A stretch of DNA of 64,000 nucleotides from Methanobacteriota archaeon (GTDB lineage Archaea > Thermoplasmatota > E2 > DHVEG-1), in NCBI GenBank assembly GCA_963769885.1, contig CAVYNH010000006.1, positions 160,001 through 224,000 on the forward strand, given 5' to 3'. The translations under genes and the position numbers were made by a program. The notes beneath the pieces were generated by a model, which did no database searches, was not told where the DNA came from, and worked only from the letters and a program-made list of their open reading frames with translations. Positions 1-8,762 of this stretch are shown one piece after another; within the stretch, counting starts at the first letter, position 1; the number at the start of each line of letters is the position of its first letter.

Positions 1-116
1 CTAACGTTCCCTATTTATAGATTTCCTTTTTTATTTATAGCGAATAGGCGAAAAGAACGGGGAAATCGGGTTTACCCCATGCATTAATATCATCCTATCA
101 TATCCTGAGAAAAGCC

Positions 117-482
117 ATGAACCCCTGCCAGGCCATCCGTTGCAGCTACTGCTGCCAGCACACCAACATGCTCCTCACCGCAGAAGACACGAAGCGCATT
201 GAGGCTCTCGGACACCCCCCAGCCACCTTTCAGAAACCCGGGGCGCTCGGGATGCAGCTAAAGAACACCCACGGCCACTGCGTCTTCCTCAAGAACGGCC
301 AGTGCACCATCTACGACGCGCGGCCGCAGGGCTGCCGGCTCTACCCGATCATCCACAACCGCACTCTCGGCGGGGCCATCTGCGACGACGCCTGCCCACG
401 CCACACGGACTTCCCCCTAACACCGGAGACGAGACGGCAGCTGCGCCGACTCATCGAGACCCTGTTCCCCGACGGCCTCTAA
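117..482 (+). CDS. YkgJ-family cysteine-cluster (Zn/Fe-chelating) protein
   Basis: CxxxxCxxCC N-terminus, CVFL..CTIYDARPQGCRLYP motif. Confidence 0.8.
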   Translation: MNPCQAIRCSYCCQHTNMLLTAEDTKRIEALGHPPATFQKPGALGMQLKNTHGHCVFLKNGQCTIYDARPQGCRLYPIIHNRTLGGAICDDACPRHTDFPLTPETRRQLRRLIETLFPDGL

Positions 483-593
483 CCCGATTTTTTTCATATT
501 GCGGCCGAGGACGACGCCGAGCACCACCCGATCAGACCAACCTGCATGTACTACACGGGCTCCTTCGCCAGTAAAAGAAGCGGAGAACCCGCC

Positions 594-1115
594 TCACGCA
601 GTAGTCCGGGGAAACCACAGGCCGCAGAAATCGAGGTAGACGCCGGAGAGCATATTGTTTTGATACTCGCTCTCATTCACCGTCCGGCCAGGGTTCACCT
701 CACACGTCAATCTGAACAACCCGAGCTTCGGCAGATATCTAGAGTGAGTCAGACACGGAATCACCGTTTCCCCCACAGACAAGTGGCCGGCCACAAGCAA
801 GGAATCTGACGCTACAGTCTTTGCCGTCGCCAACCGCTTGACCGAATAGGAGAGGGTGACCGGCCCGACGGCACTCTCGTTTCCGTCGTTGACGACGGCA
901 GCAAAGGCATACACCTCGCAACCGTGCTCGCCGTAGTTCCACAAAAAACCGATGCTCTCAACCTTCAAATCAGGGAGCCCTTGGCGGAGAGGACACGGCA
1001 ATCCCGCCTTCTCCTCCGGCGCCATCATTGACGACGCCCGCACCTCAACCGCCCCAAAAAAAGCAAGAACCAGAAATACCGCACACAACGTCCCAACCAA
1101 AGGATACCTAACCAT
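594..1115 (-). CDS. Secreted CARDB/Ig-like domain protein
   Basis: Signal peptide from ATG 1115 (MVRYPLVGTLCAVFLVLAFF); PDLKV..VVNDG..VNESEYQNN CARDB-like pattern. Confidence 0.6.
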   Translation of the reverse strand: MVRYPLVGTLCAVFLVLAFFGAVEVRASSMMAPEEKAGLPCPLRQGLPDLKVESIGFLWNYGEHGCEVYAFAAVVNDGNESAVGPVTLSYSVKRLATAKTVASDSLLVAGHLSVGETVIPCLTHSRYLPKLGLFRLTCEVNPGRTVNESEYQNNMLSGVYLDFCGLWFPRTTA

Positions 1116-1207
1116 CCATACCAACCCTAAAAGAAGAAAAAACCTCAAGCTATTTAAAACTACGTACAGAGTATGGAAAAAACCAAATAAAACCAAAAAA
1201 AGGAGAA

Positions 1208-1281
1208 AGCCGCCGAAGGGATTTGGACCCCTGACCTGCTGATTACGAATCAGCCGCTCAACCGGGCTAAGCTACGGCGGC
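1208..1281 (-). tRNA. tRNA-Thr(CGU)
   Basis: Cloverleaf: acceptor GCCGCCG/CGGCGGC, anticodon arm GCTGA-TTCGTAA-TCAGC; no encoded CCA; atypical T-loop TCCAAAT. Confidence 0.92.
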
Positions 1282-1376
1282 AACCTTACCGCCCCTAATA
1301 CCGGAAGTACCATAAAAGAATTCTCATTCCTCCTCCCGCAACCTCTATCTACCGCCACCCCCAATACCACCCCACA

Positions 1377-2033
1377 ATGATCGCAGGCCTCGACGAAGCC
1401 GGACGCGGCCCCCTCCTCGGCCCCCTCGTCATCGCCGGACTCACCGTCACCACCGACGGCCCCCTCAAAAAAATCGGCGTCCGCGACTCCAAACAACTCA
1501 CCCCACAGCGCCGCGAAGAACTCACGGCCCAGATCCAACGCCTCGCCTCTCAGATCGAATACGTCATCATCCCCGCCGCCGACATCGACCGCCTCCGACA
1601 GCACAAGACCCTCAACGAAATTGAAGTCGACGCCTTCGCCCAGATCATCGACCGCCTCCGCCCCGACACCTGCTACGTCGACGCCGCCGACGTCCTCGAA
1701 GACCGCTTCGGCGCCGACATCAAAAAAGCCCTCACCTGCACCCCCACCATCATCAGCAAACACAAAGGCGACAGCCTCTACCCCGTCTGCAGCGCCGCCT
1801 CCATCCTCGCCAAAGTCACCAGAGACTACCATGTCCGCCTCCTCGAACAGGAACTCCAAGAACACCTCAATCTGCCCCTCGGCAGCGGCTACCAGACCGA
1901 CCTCCTCACCATGGACTTCCTGCGCGCCTGGCTGAAGAAATTCGACACCCTCCCCCCCTGTGTCCGCCACAGCTGGGAAAGCAGCAGACGCCTCATGCAA
2001 CACCACAAGACAAAGAAGCTCGACGAATTCTAA
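1377..2033 (+). CDS. rnhB: Ribonuclease HII
   Basis: GLDEAGRGP, DSKQL, SAASILAKVTRD, GSGY motifs. Confidence 0.95.
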   Translation: MIAGLDEAGRGPLLGPLVIAGLTVTTDGPLKKIGVRDSKQLTPQRREELTAQIQRLASQIEYVIIPAADIDRLRQHKTLNEIEVDAFAQIIDRLRPDTCYVDAADVLEDRFGADIKKALTCTPTIISKHKGDSLYPVCSAASILAKVTRDYHVRLLEQELQEHLNLPLGSGYQTDLLTMDFLRAWLKKFDTLPPCVRHSWESSRRLMQHHKTKKLDEF

Positions 2034-2244
2034 AAAAAATGTGAGGAAAAATGTGGCAGAAATGCCAGCAGACCTCGCTGGCAGTTCCCCCGCAACTCAA
2101 GTCATCTTACCACAGACATCCCGACCCAGCCTTATAAACCCCCAGGGGGGGTCACCGAAACTATTCACCCCGATTGTCTCAAAAGTCCCGATTCCCTCCT
2201 AACGAACACCCTCACTCCGAAAACCTAGCCAGAGAAAGTATTAC

Positions 2245-3486
2245 ATGACCACACACCATAAGACATCCCCGCTAATGCGCCGACCACCCACACATCGACC
2301 CGCACCATTCTCCACGCCCTTCATCCGAGCCACCACCCAGACCCTCGCCACCATCTTCTTCCACCACACCCTCGCCTCCAAAGCCATCGCCGCCACCCTC
2401 AAAACCCAACCCCGCTGGACCTCAGACGAACGCGCCACCTTCGCCACCACCACCTACAACCTCATCCGACACTGGCGCCTCCTCTGGTACCTCCAAGACC
2501 AACAACCCACCTGCCGCCAACACGATATCGCCAGACTCCTCACCACCTACCAAATCTACAAAAAAACACACACCGACCTCAAAAAACCCACTCCGCTCCG
2601 CGCCCGGCTCCGCCAAGCCAACAGCACCCGCGCCATCAAAGAATCCATCCCCGACTGGCTTGACGCCGCCTGCGCCGCCGAACTCGGCCCCCGCTGGAAC
2701 AACATCATCCACGCCCTCAACCAACCACCCACTCTAACCCTGCGTACCAACACCCTCAAAACCACCCGCGCCCGCCTCCTCCTCACCCTCAAAGAAGAAG
2801 GCATCCACGCCACCCCACTCCTCTGGGCGCCCGACGCCCTCTGCCTCCCCACACGGACCAACGTCTTCCGCCTCCCCAGCTTCCAAAAAGGCCTCTTCGA
2901 AGTCCAAGACGCCGCCTCACAGATGGTCTCCCGCCTCCTCGACCCCCAGCCCGGCATGCGCACCGCCGACGCCTGCGCCGGCGAAGGCGGCAAGACCCTG
3001 CACCTCGCCGCCCTCATGCACAACACCGGCCGCATCATCGCCCTCGACCCCCAACCCCATCATCTTCAGCAGCTCCGACGCCGCGCCACCCGCGCCGGCG
3101 CCGACACCATCGAAACCCGCACGACCTCAGCCAAGACCATCAAACGCCTCGCTGGCACCATGGACCGCCTCCTCATCGACGCCCCCTGCTCCGGCCTCGG
3201 CACCCTCCAACGCAACCCGGACATCAAATGGAAACTCACCCCAGACGCCCTCGAACGCCTCAAAAAAACTCAGCAAGACCTCCTCGGCACCTCCCCCCAA
3301 TCGCTTAAGTCGGGCGGCCGCTTCGTCTATGCCGTCTGCAGCATCCTCTACTCCGAAGGCGAACAGCAGATCGCCGTCTTCCTCACCCGCCACCCTACCT
3401 ACCAGCTCCTCCGGGAGCACCGCTACTACCCGGACGCAGACGGCACCGACGGCTTCTACATGGCGCTCCTCCAACGAACGGAATAA
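2245..3486 (+). CDS. RsmB/NOP2 family RNA m5C methyltransferase
   Basis: EVQDAASQ, DACAGEGGKT, DAPCSGLG, YAVCS, DGFY; start uncertain. Confidence 0.9.
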   Translation: MTTHHKTSPLMRRPPTHRPAPFSTPFIRATTQTLATIFFHHTLASKAIAATLKTQPRWTSDERATFATTTYNLIRHWRLLWYLQDQQPTCRQHDIARLLTTYQIYKKTHTDLKKPTPLRARLRQANSTRAIKESIPDWLDAACAAELGPRWNNIIHALNQPPTLTLRTNTLKTTRARLLLTLKEEGIHATPLLWAPDALCLPTRTNVFRLPSFQKGLFEVQDAASQMVSRLLDPQPGMRTADACAGEGGKTLHLAALMHNTGRIIALDPQPHHLQQLRRRATRAGADTIETRTTSAKTIKRLAGTMDRLLIDAPCSGLGTLQRNPDIKWKLTPDALERLKKTQQDLLGTSPQSLKSGGRFVYAVCSILYSEGEQQIAVFLTRHPTYQLLREHRYYPDADGTDGFYMALLQRTE

Positions 3487-3543
3487 AAAGGGGCCATCCC
3501 TTCCATAAATTCAATAAAGAAAATTGAGGAGGAAAAACAACCC

Positions 3544-4308
3544 TTGGAGATCCTCAGCTGGAATATCAACGGCATCCGCGCGGCAGAAAAAAAAGGATTC
3601 CGCACCTGGCTGCTCAAGGCCTCCCCCGACATCCTCTGTCTCCAAGAAACAAAAACCGACCTCGACGAGCTTCCCGCCTCACTACGCAACCTTCCCGGCT
3701 ACCACAGCGTCTGGAACCCAGCCGAACGTAAAGGCTACAGCGGCACCGCCACCCTCAGCAAACAGAAACCGCTCGCCGTTCACATCGGCATCGGGATAAA
3801 AGAATTCGACCACGAAGGCCGCATCCTCATCACCGAACACCCCGGCTTCACCCTCTTCAACATCTACTTCCCCAACGGCAAACAAAACAAGGAGCGCCTC
3901 GACTTTAAGATGCGCTTCTACGACGCCTTCCTCGACTACATCGACGCCTGGCGCGACACCCACGGCCACGTCATCATCGGCGGTGACTACAACACCGCCC
4001 ATACGGAAATCGACCTTGCCAGACCCGAACCCAACGCCAAGATCTCCGGCTTCCTCCCCATCGAACGACAATGGATCGACACCTTCGTCAGCCACGGCTA
4101 CGCCGACACCTTCCGAGCCTTCAACACCAAACCAGACAACTACACCTTCTGGGACCAACGCACCAACGCCCGCGCACGCAACATCGGCTGGCGCGTCGAC
4201 TACTTCTTCGTCGACACCGGCCTCCTGCCCCACGTTAAAAAGGCGTACATCATGCCAGAGACCACGGGCTCAGACCACTGCCCCATTGGCATCACCCTGA
4301 TCCCCTAA
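3544..4308 (+). CDS. xth: Exodeoxyribonuclease III / AP endonuclease
   Basis: SWNINGIRA, LQETK, GDYNTAH, GWRVDY, GSDHCP; TTG start. Confidence 0.95.
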   Translation: MEILSWNINGIRAAEKKGFRTWLLKASPDILCLQETKTDLDELPASLRNLPGYHSVWNPAERKGYSGTATLSKQKPLAVHIGIGIKEFDHEGRILITEHPGFTLFNIYFPNGKQNKERLDFKMRFYDAFLDYIDAWRDTHGHVIIGGDYNTAHTEIDLARPEPNAKISGFLPIERQWIDTFVSHGYADTFRAFNTKPDNYTFWDQRTNARARNIGWRVDYFFVDTGLLPHVKKAYIMPETTGSDHCPIGITLIP

Positions 4309-4333
4309 AAAAACCAAGAGCAGAGAAGAAATC

Positions 4334-5839
4334 ATGAACGACGCACTCGACTACATCACCAAAGAACAACACGACCTCACCCTCCTCGGCGGCATCAGCG
4401 CCCTCCTCAGCTGGGACCAAATGACCTACATGCCCCCCGCCGCCATCACCGAACGATCCGACCAAATCGCGTACCTCGCCAGAACTATCCACGAACGCAT
4501 CACCTCCGACACCCTCTACCACCACCTCACCACCCTCACCCAACCCACCACCCTCGCCAGCCTTTCCGACCCCCAACACCACATCGTCACCCGCCTCAAA
4601 AAAGACGTCGACAAAGCCAGAAAAATCCCCCCAGCCTTTGCCGAAAAACTCAGCAAAACCACCGCCCTCGCCTACCAATCCTGGCAAGACGCCAGAAAAC
4701 ACAACAAATACCAAGACTTCGCCCCCCACCTCCACCAAATCCTCGACCTCGAACGCCAATACACCGACTACATCCGCCTCCCCGGCCCCCCCTACAATAG
4801 CCTCCTCGACGACTACGAAGAAGGCATGACCACAGACACCCTCACCCGTGAATTCCACACCCTCCGCCCAAAACTCGCCGAGATCCTCGATCACATCACC
4901 GCCACCAAACGCTACCACACCCAAACCCCCCTCACCCGACCCATCCCCCTCACCCACCAACAAGCCCTCAGCGCCCACCTCCTCAAAACCATGGCCCTGC
5001 CCCCGGACGAAACCAGGCTCGACGTCTCCACCCACCCCTTCACCACCACCCTCGGCGACCAAGACGTCCGCATCACCACCAACTACGAACGCGACAGCCC
5101 CCTCTTCGCCTTCTTCTCCACCATGCATGAAGCAGGCCACGCCCTCTACGAACTCGGCCTCCCCAAAGGACCCTACCAAGACACCGTCATCTCCGACGCA
5201 CCCTCCCTCGGCATCCACGAATCCCAATCCCGATTCTGGGAAAACATGATTGGACGCAACAAACACTTCTGGACCTACTTCTACCCCCACCTCCAACGCA
5301 CCACCCCCACCTTCCAACACCTCAGCCTCGACGCCTGGTACCACGACATCAACCTCGTCAGACCCTCCCTCATCCGCATCGAAGCCGACGAACTCACCTA
5401 CTGCCTCCACGTCATCCTCCGCTACGAACTCGAACTCGACCTCATCGACAACAAACTCACCGTCAACGAACTCCCCCAAGCCTGGAACCAAAAGATGCAG
5501 CACTACCTCGGCATCACCCCCACCACCGACACCGACGGCGTCCTCCAAGACATGCACTGGAGCGGCGGCGACTTCGGCTACTTCCCCACCTACGCCATCG
5601 GCAGCATCTACGCCGCCCAACTCTACGACGCCATCGCCCGCGACCTCCCCACCCTCGACGACGACCTCACCCACGGCCGCCTCGCCCCAATCCTCAACTG
5701 GCTGCGCGAGCACGTCCACCAATACGGCCGGCTCGACACCGCCGACGAGATCATCAAACGCGCCACCGGCCACGGGTTGGACTCCCAGGTCTACGTGAAT
5801 TATTTAAAAAACAAGTACTATGCTCTCTACGACGTCTAA
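4334..5839 (+). CDS. Carboxypeptidase Taq (M32 family)
   Basis: HPF, HEAGH zinc motif, HESQSRFWEN, IRIEADE, QDMHW, GYFPTY. Confidence 0.95.
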   Translation: MNDALDYITKEQHDLTLLGGISALLSWDQMTYMPPAAITERSDQIAYLARTIHERITSDTLYHHLTTLTQPTTLASLSDPQHHIVTRLKKDVDKARKIPPAFAEKLSKTTALAYQSWQDARKHNKYQDFAPHLHQILDLERQYTDYIRLPGPPYNSLLDDYEEGMTTDTLTREFHTLRPKLAEILDHITATKRYHTQTPLTRPIPLTHQQALSAHLLKTMALPPDETRLDVSTHPFTTTLGDQDVRITTNYERDSPLFAFFSTMHEAGHALYELGLPKGPYQDTVISDAPSLGIHESQSRFWENMIGRNKHFWTYFYPHLQRTTPTFQHLSLDAWYHDINLVRPSLIRIEADELTYCLHVILRYELELDLIDNKLTVNELPQAWNQKMQHYLGITPTTDTDGVLQDMHWSGGDFGYFPTYAIGSIYAAQLYDAIARDLPTLDDDLTHGRLAPILNWLREHVHQYGRLDTADEIIKRATGHGLDSQVYVNYLKNKYYALYDV

Positions 5840-5852
5840 GGTGAAACCGCCC

Positions 5853-6530
5853 ATGTCCCAGCTCGTACTCATCCGCCACGGCCAATCCCAATGGAACCTC
5901 GAAAACCGATTCACGGGATGGGTCGACGTCCCCCTCTCAAAAAAAGGCATTGACGAGGCCATCGCCGCCGGCAAAAAACTCAAAGGCATGCGCTTCGACG
6001 CCGGATACGTCTCCCACATGCTCCGGGCCGTCCAGACACTCCACTACGTCCTCCTCGAGCTCCACGATCCCCGAACCCCCATCATCTACCATGAGGAGCC
6101 ACGCATCCATAACTGGGAACACCACTCCGGCAGCCTCGCCACAGAGCTGCCCATCTACCAGTCCGTCGAACTCGCTGAGCGGTACTACGGAGACCTCCAG
6201 GGGTTGAACAAGGACGAGACACGTAAAAAATACGGGGAGGAGCAAGTCCACATTTGGCGACGAAGCTACGATGTTCGTCCCCCAGGCGGCGAGTCCCTCA
6301 AGGACACCTGCGAACGAACGATCCCCTACTACCAGGCCTATATCGAACCCGAGATACGCAAGGGCAAGACCCTACTCATCGTCGCCCATGGCAACAGCCT
6401 GCGTTCCATCATGAAATACCTGGAGCAAATCCCCGATGAGACCATCCCCTCTGTTGAAATACCGACCGGAATCCCGCTTCTGTATAATTTTGAGCAAAAC
6501 GGGGAATATATAGGGAAAAGAACCCTATAG
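5853..6530 (+). CDS. gpmA: 2,3-bisphosphoglycerate-dependent phosphoglycerate mutase
   Basis: LIRHGQSQWNLENRFTGWVD, ERYYGDLQGLNK, AHGNSLR; start moved to ATG 5853. Confidence 0.92.
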   Translation: MSQLVLIRHGQSQWNLENRFTGWVDVPLSKKGIDEAIAAGKKLKGMRFDAGYVSHMLRAVQTLHYVLLELHDPRTPIIYHEEPRIHNWEHHSGSLATELPIYQSVELAERYYGDLQGLNKDETRKKYGEEQVHIWRRSYDVRPPGGESLKDTCERTIPYYQAYIEPEIRKGKTLLIVAHGNSLRSIMKYLEQIPDETIPSVEIPTGIPLLYNFEQNGEYIGKRTL

Positions 6531-6597
6531 GCAAAACATAAATACCGCTTTTTTTATCTCGGTAACCTATTAATTTCATGCAGCCAGGAGCATTTTC

Positions 6598-7656
6598 ATG
6601 GTTACCAAGCGTTTCAAATGCCCTTCTTGTGGCGAAATCGCCGCTTTCTCGGCGACCCCCGGCGAAGAACTCGTCGTCACCTGCCCATCCTGCAAGATGA
6701 GCGGTAAGATTCGCTTTCCAGCAGAACACGATGCATCTTATGCCATCGAGGTTTCCCATCTCAAGAAAGTCTACGGCGACCTCATCGCAGTCAATGACAT
6801 CTCCTTTCAGGTTCGCAAAGGGGAAATCTTCGCCTTCCTCGGACCTAACGGTGCCGGGAAAACGACCACCGTTGAGATTATCGAATCCATCAGGGAGCCG
6901 ACGGCAGGGGCCGTTACACTCCTGGGAATAGAAATCAAGACCGGGTTCAATAAGATCAAAGAGCGCATCAGCATCCTGCCACAAGAGTTTCATTCCTTTG
7001 AACGGTTCACCGTTCGGGAGACTCTTGAGTACTTCTCTCACCTGTATCAGAAGCGGGCAGACATCGATGCAATCATCGACGCCATGAATTTGGAATCCCA
7101 TGAGAAGATGCTGTATCGGAATCTATCCGGCGGGTTGAAGCAGCGGGTGGGCGTCGCCCTTTCACTCATCAACGACCCGGACATTGTTTTCCTTGATGAG
7201 CCGACCACGGGGTTAGATCCCAAAGCCCGCCGCGAAGTCTGGCAAGTGATTGCGAATTTACGAGCACAGGGCAAGACCGTGTTCTTGACGACCCATTATA
7301 TGGAAGAGGCTGAGTTCCTCGCAGACCATATCGCCATCATCCACAAAGGCCGGATTATCGCTGAGGGTTCGCTTGATGAACTAATCACCAAGCACGGCCA
7401 TGGCAGCGTGCTGCGTATTCAGGGCTGTTCGTCGCCCGATGCTATCGAAATCCTCAAAGAACAAGGGTACGAGGCGCGGTCAGAGGGGAATGGGAATCTC
7501 GCGGTGACCATTACCTACAAGGATCGGGTCCTCGATGTGCTTTCGACGCTGCGTCATGCGGCTGTTGAATATGAAAGCATCGAGATTCGTCGGTCGAACC
7601 TCGAGGAAGTGTTCCTGTCCTTGACGGGGGCGAAGCTGCTGGAGGCAGAGGCATGA
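6598..7656 (+). CDS. ABC transporter ATP-binding protein with N-terminal Zn ribbon
   Basis: CPSC..CPSC N-terminus; GPNGAGKT, LSGG, FLDEPT. Confidence 0.9.
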   Translation: MVTKRFKCPSCGEIAAFSATPGEELVVTCPSCKMSGKIRFPAEHDASYAIEVSHLKKVYGDLIAVNDISFQVRKGEIFAFLGPNGAGKTTTVEIIESIREPTAGAVTLLGIEIKTGFNKIKERISILPQEFHSFERFTVRETLEYFSHLYQKRADIDAIIDAMNLESHEKMLYRNLSGGLKQRVGVALSLINDPDIVFLDEPTTGLDPKARREVWQVIANLRAQGKTVFLTTHYMEEAEFLADHIAIIHKGRIIAEGSLDELITKHGHGSVLRIQGCSSPDAIEILKEQGYEARSEGNGNLAVTITYKDRVLDVLSTLRHAAVEYESIEIRRSNLEEVFLSLTGAKLLEAEA

Positions 7657-8762
7657 ACTTTCGGATTGTGGGCATGGATGTCTTCTATAGCATAAAGAGC
7701 TGGTGGCGGAGCAAGGGCACCGTCTTTTGGTCGCTGTTGTTTCCCATCATGCTTATCCTTATTTTCGGTGCGATTTTCTCGAATACTGGCAGTACAAATT
7801 ATTCGTTGTATATTCAAGATCTTGACCATTCAGCGATGTCGTCACAGTTACTGAAGATCATGAATGATACCGGCGTGTTGAAGCTCACCATGGTCAGTGA
7901 TTCGGAAAACGCCACCGATTACATCAAGGCGAACAATATCCAATGCTTCCTCGTCATCCCGGAAGGATATCAGCAGCGTATCAATCAGTCGTTTGTCAAT
8001 CCAGCGTCGACGGTGAATCTGACGTTTTATTACGATCCATCGCAGTCGACATCAACGGAGGTCGTGCGCAGTGTCATCTCGAATATTTTGCAGACGATGA
8101 ACATGCGTATGTCGAATGGCCGGAACATCGTCGGTCTTTCGACGCAGAGTTCGATAACGAATAATTTCAATTACATCGATTTTTTCGTCCCTGGGATGAT
8201 CGGGTTTACGATCATGCAGCAGGCGATCTACGGAAGTATCGAGCGGAACACGAAGTACCGCAAGGACGGGATCTTGCGGAAGCTGCTGACGACGCCGATT
8301 ACGCGGTCTGAATGGATCCTGGCGAAGATGGTGTTCATGTTGTTCCTGTCCTTTTTAACGACGGCGATTTCAATCGTGGTCGGCGTCCTTGTGTGGGGCT
8401 TGCATGTGAACATCACGCCGCTGATGATTTTGACGGTGATCACCACGAGTTTTATGTTCTCCGGCATCGGGATGATCATCGGCCGGTTCGTCAAGGAAGA
8501 AGAGACGGCTGATATGGCGGCCGGGGCGATCAGTTTCCCGATGATGTTCCTGGCGGGGACGTTCTTCCCGTTGGCAATGATGCCAGGGTTCCTGCAGGTG
8601 GTCGCACAGGTGTTACCGCTGTATTATGTGAACGAGGCATTACGCAACTCCATGATTTACATGAACACGTCGCTGGCATTCACGAACGCGATGATCGTCT
8701 TAGTCTTCGCAGTGGTATTCTTCGTGGTCGGCGTCGTGTTGACGAAGTGGCGGGAAGACTAA
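7653..8762 (+). CDS. ABC-2 type exporter permease
   Basis: Overlaps ATPase stop (ATGA); 1+5 TM layout, DFFVPG, FLAGTFFP. Confidence 0.88.
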   Translation: MNFRIVGMDVFYSIKSWWRSKGTVFWSLLFPIMLILIFGAIFSNTGSTNYSLYIQDLDHSAMSSQLLKIMNDTGVLKLTMVSDSENATDYIKANNIQCFLVIPEGYQQRINQSFVNPASTVNLTFYYDPSQSTSTEVVRSVISNILQTMNMRMSNGRNIVGLSTQSSITNNFNYIDFFVPGMIGFTIMQQAIYGSIERNTKYRKDGILRKLLTTPITRSEWILAKMVFMLFLSFLTTAISIVVGVLVWGLHVNITPLMILTVITTSFMFSGIGMIIGRFVKEEETADMAAGAISFPMMFLAGTFFPLAMMPGFLQVVAQVLPLYYVNEALRNSMIYMNTSLAFTNAMIVLVFAVVFFVVGVVLTKWRED

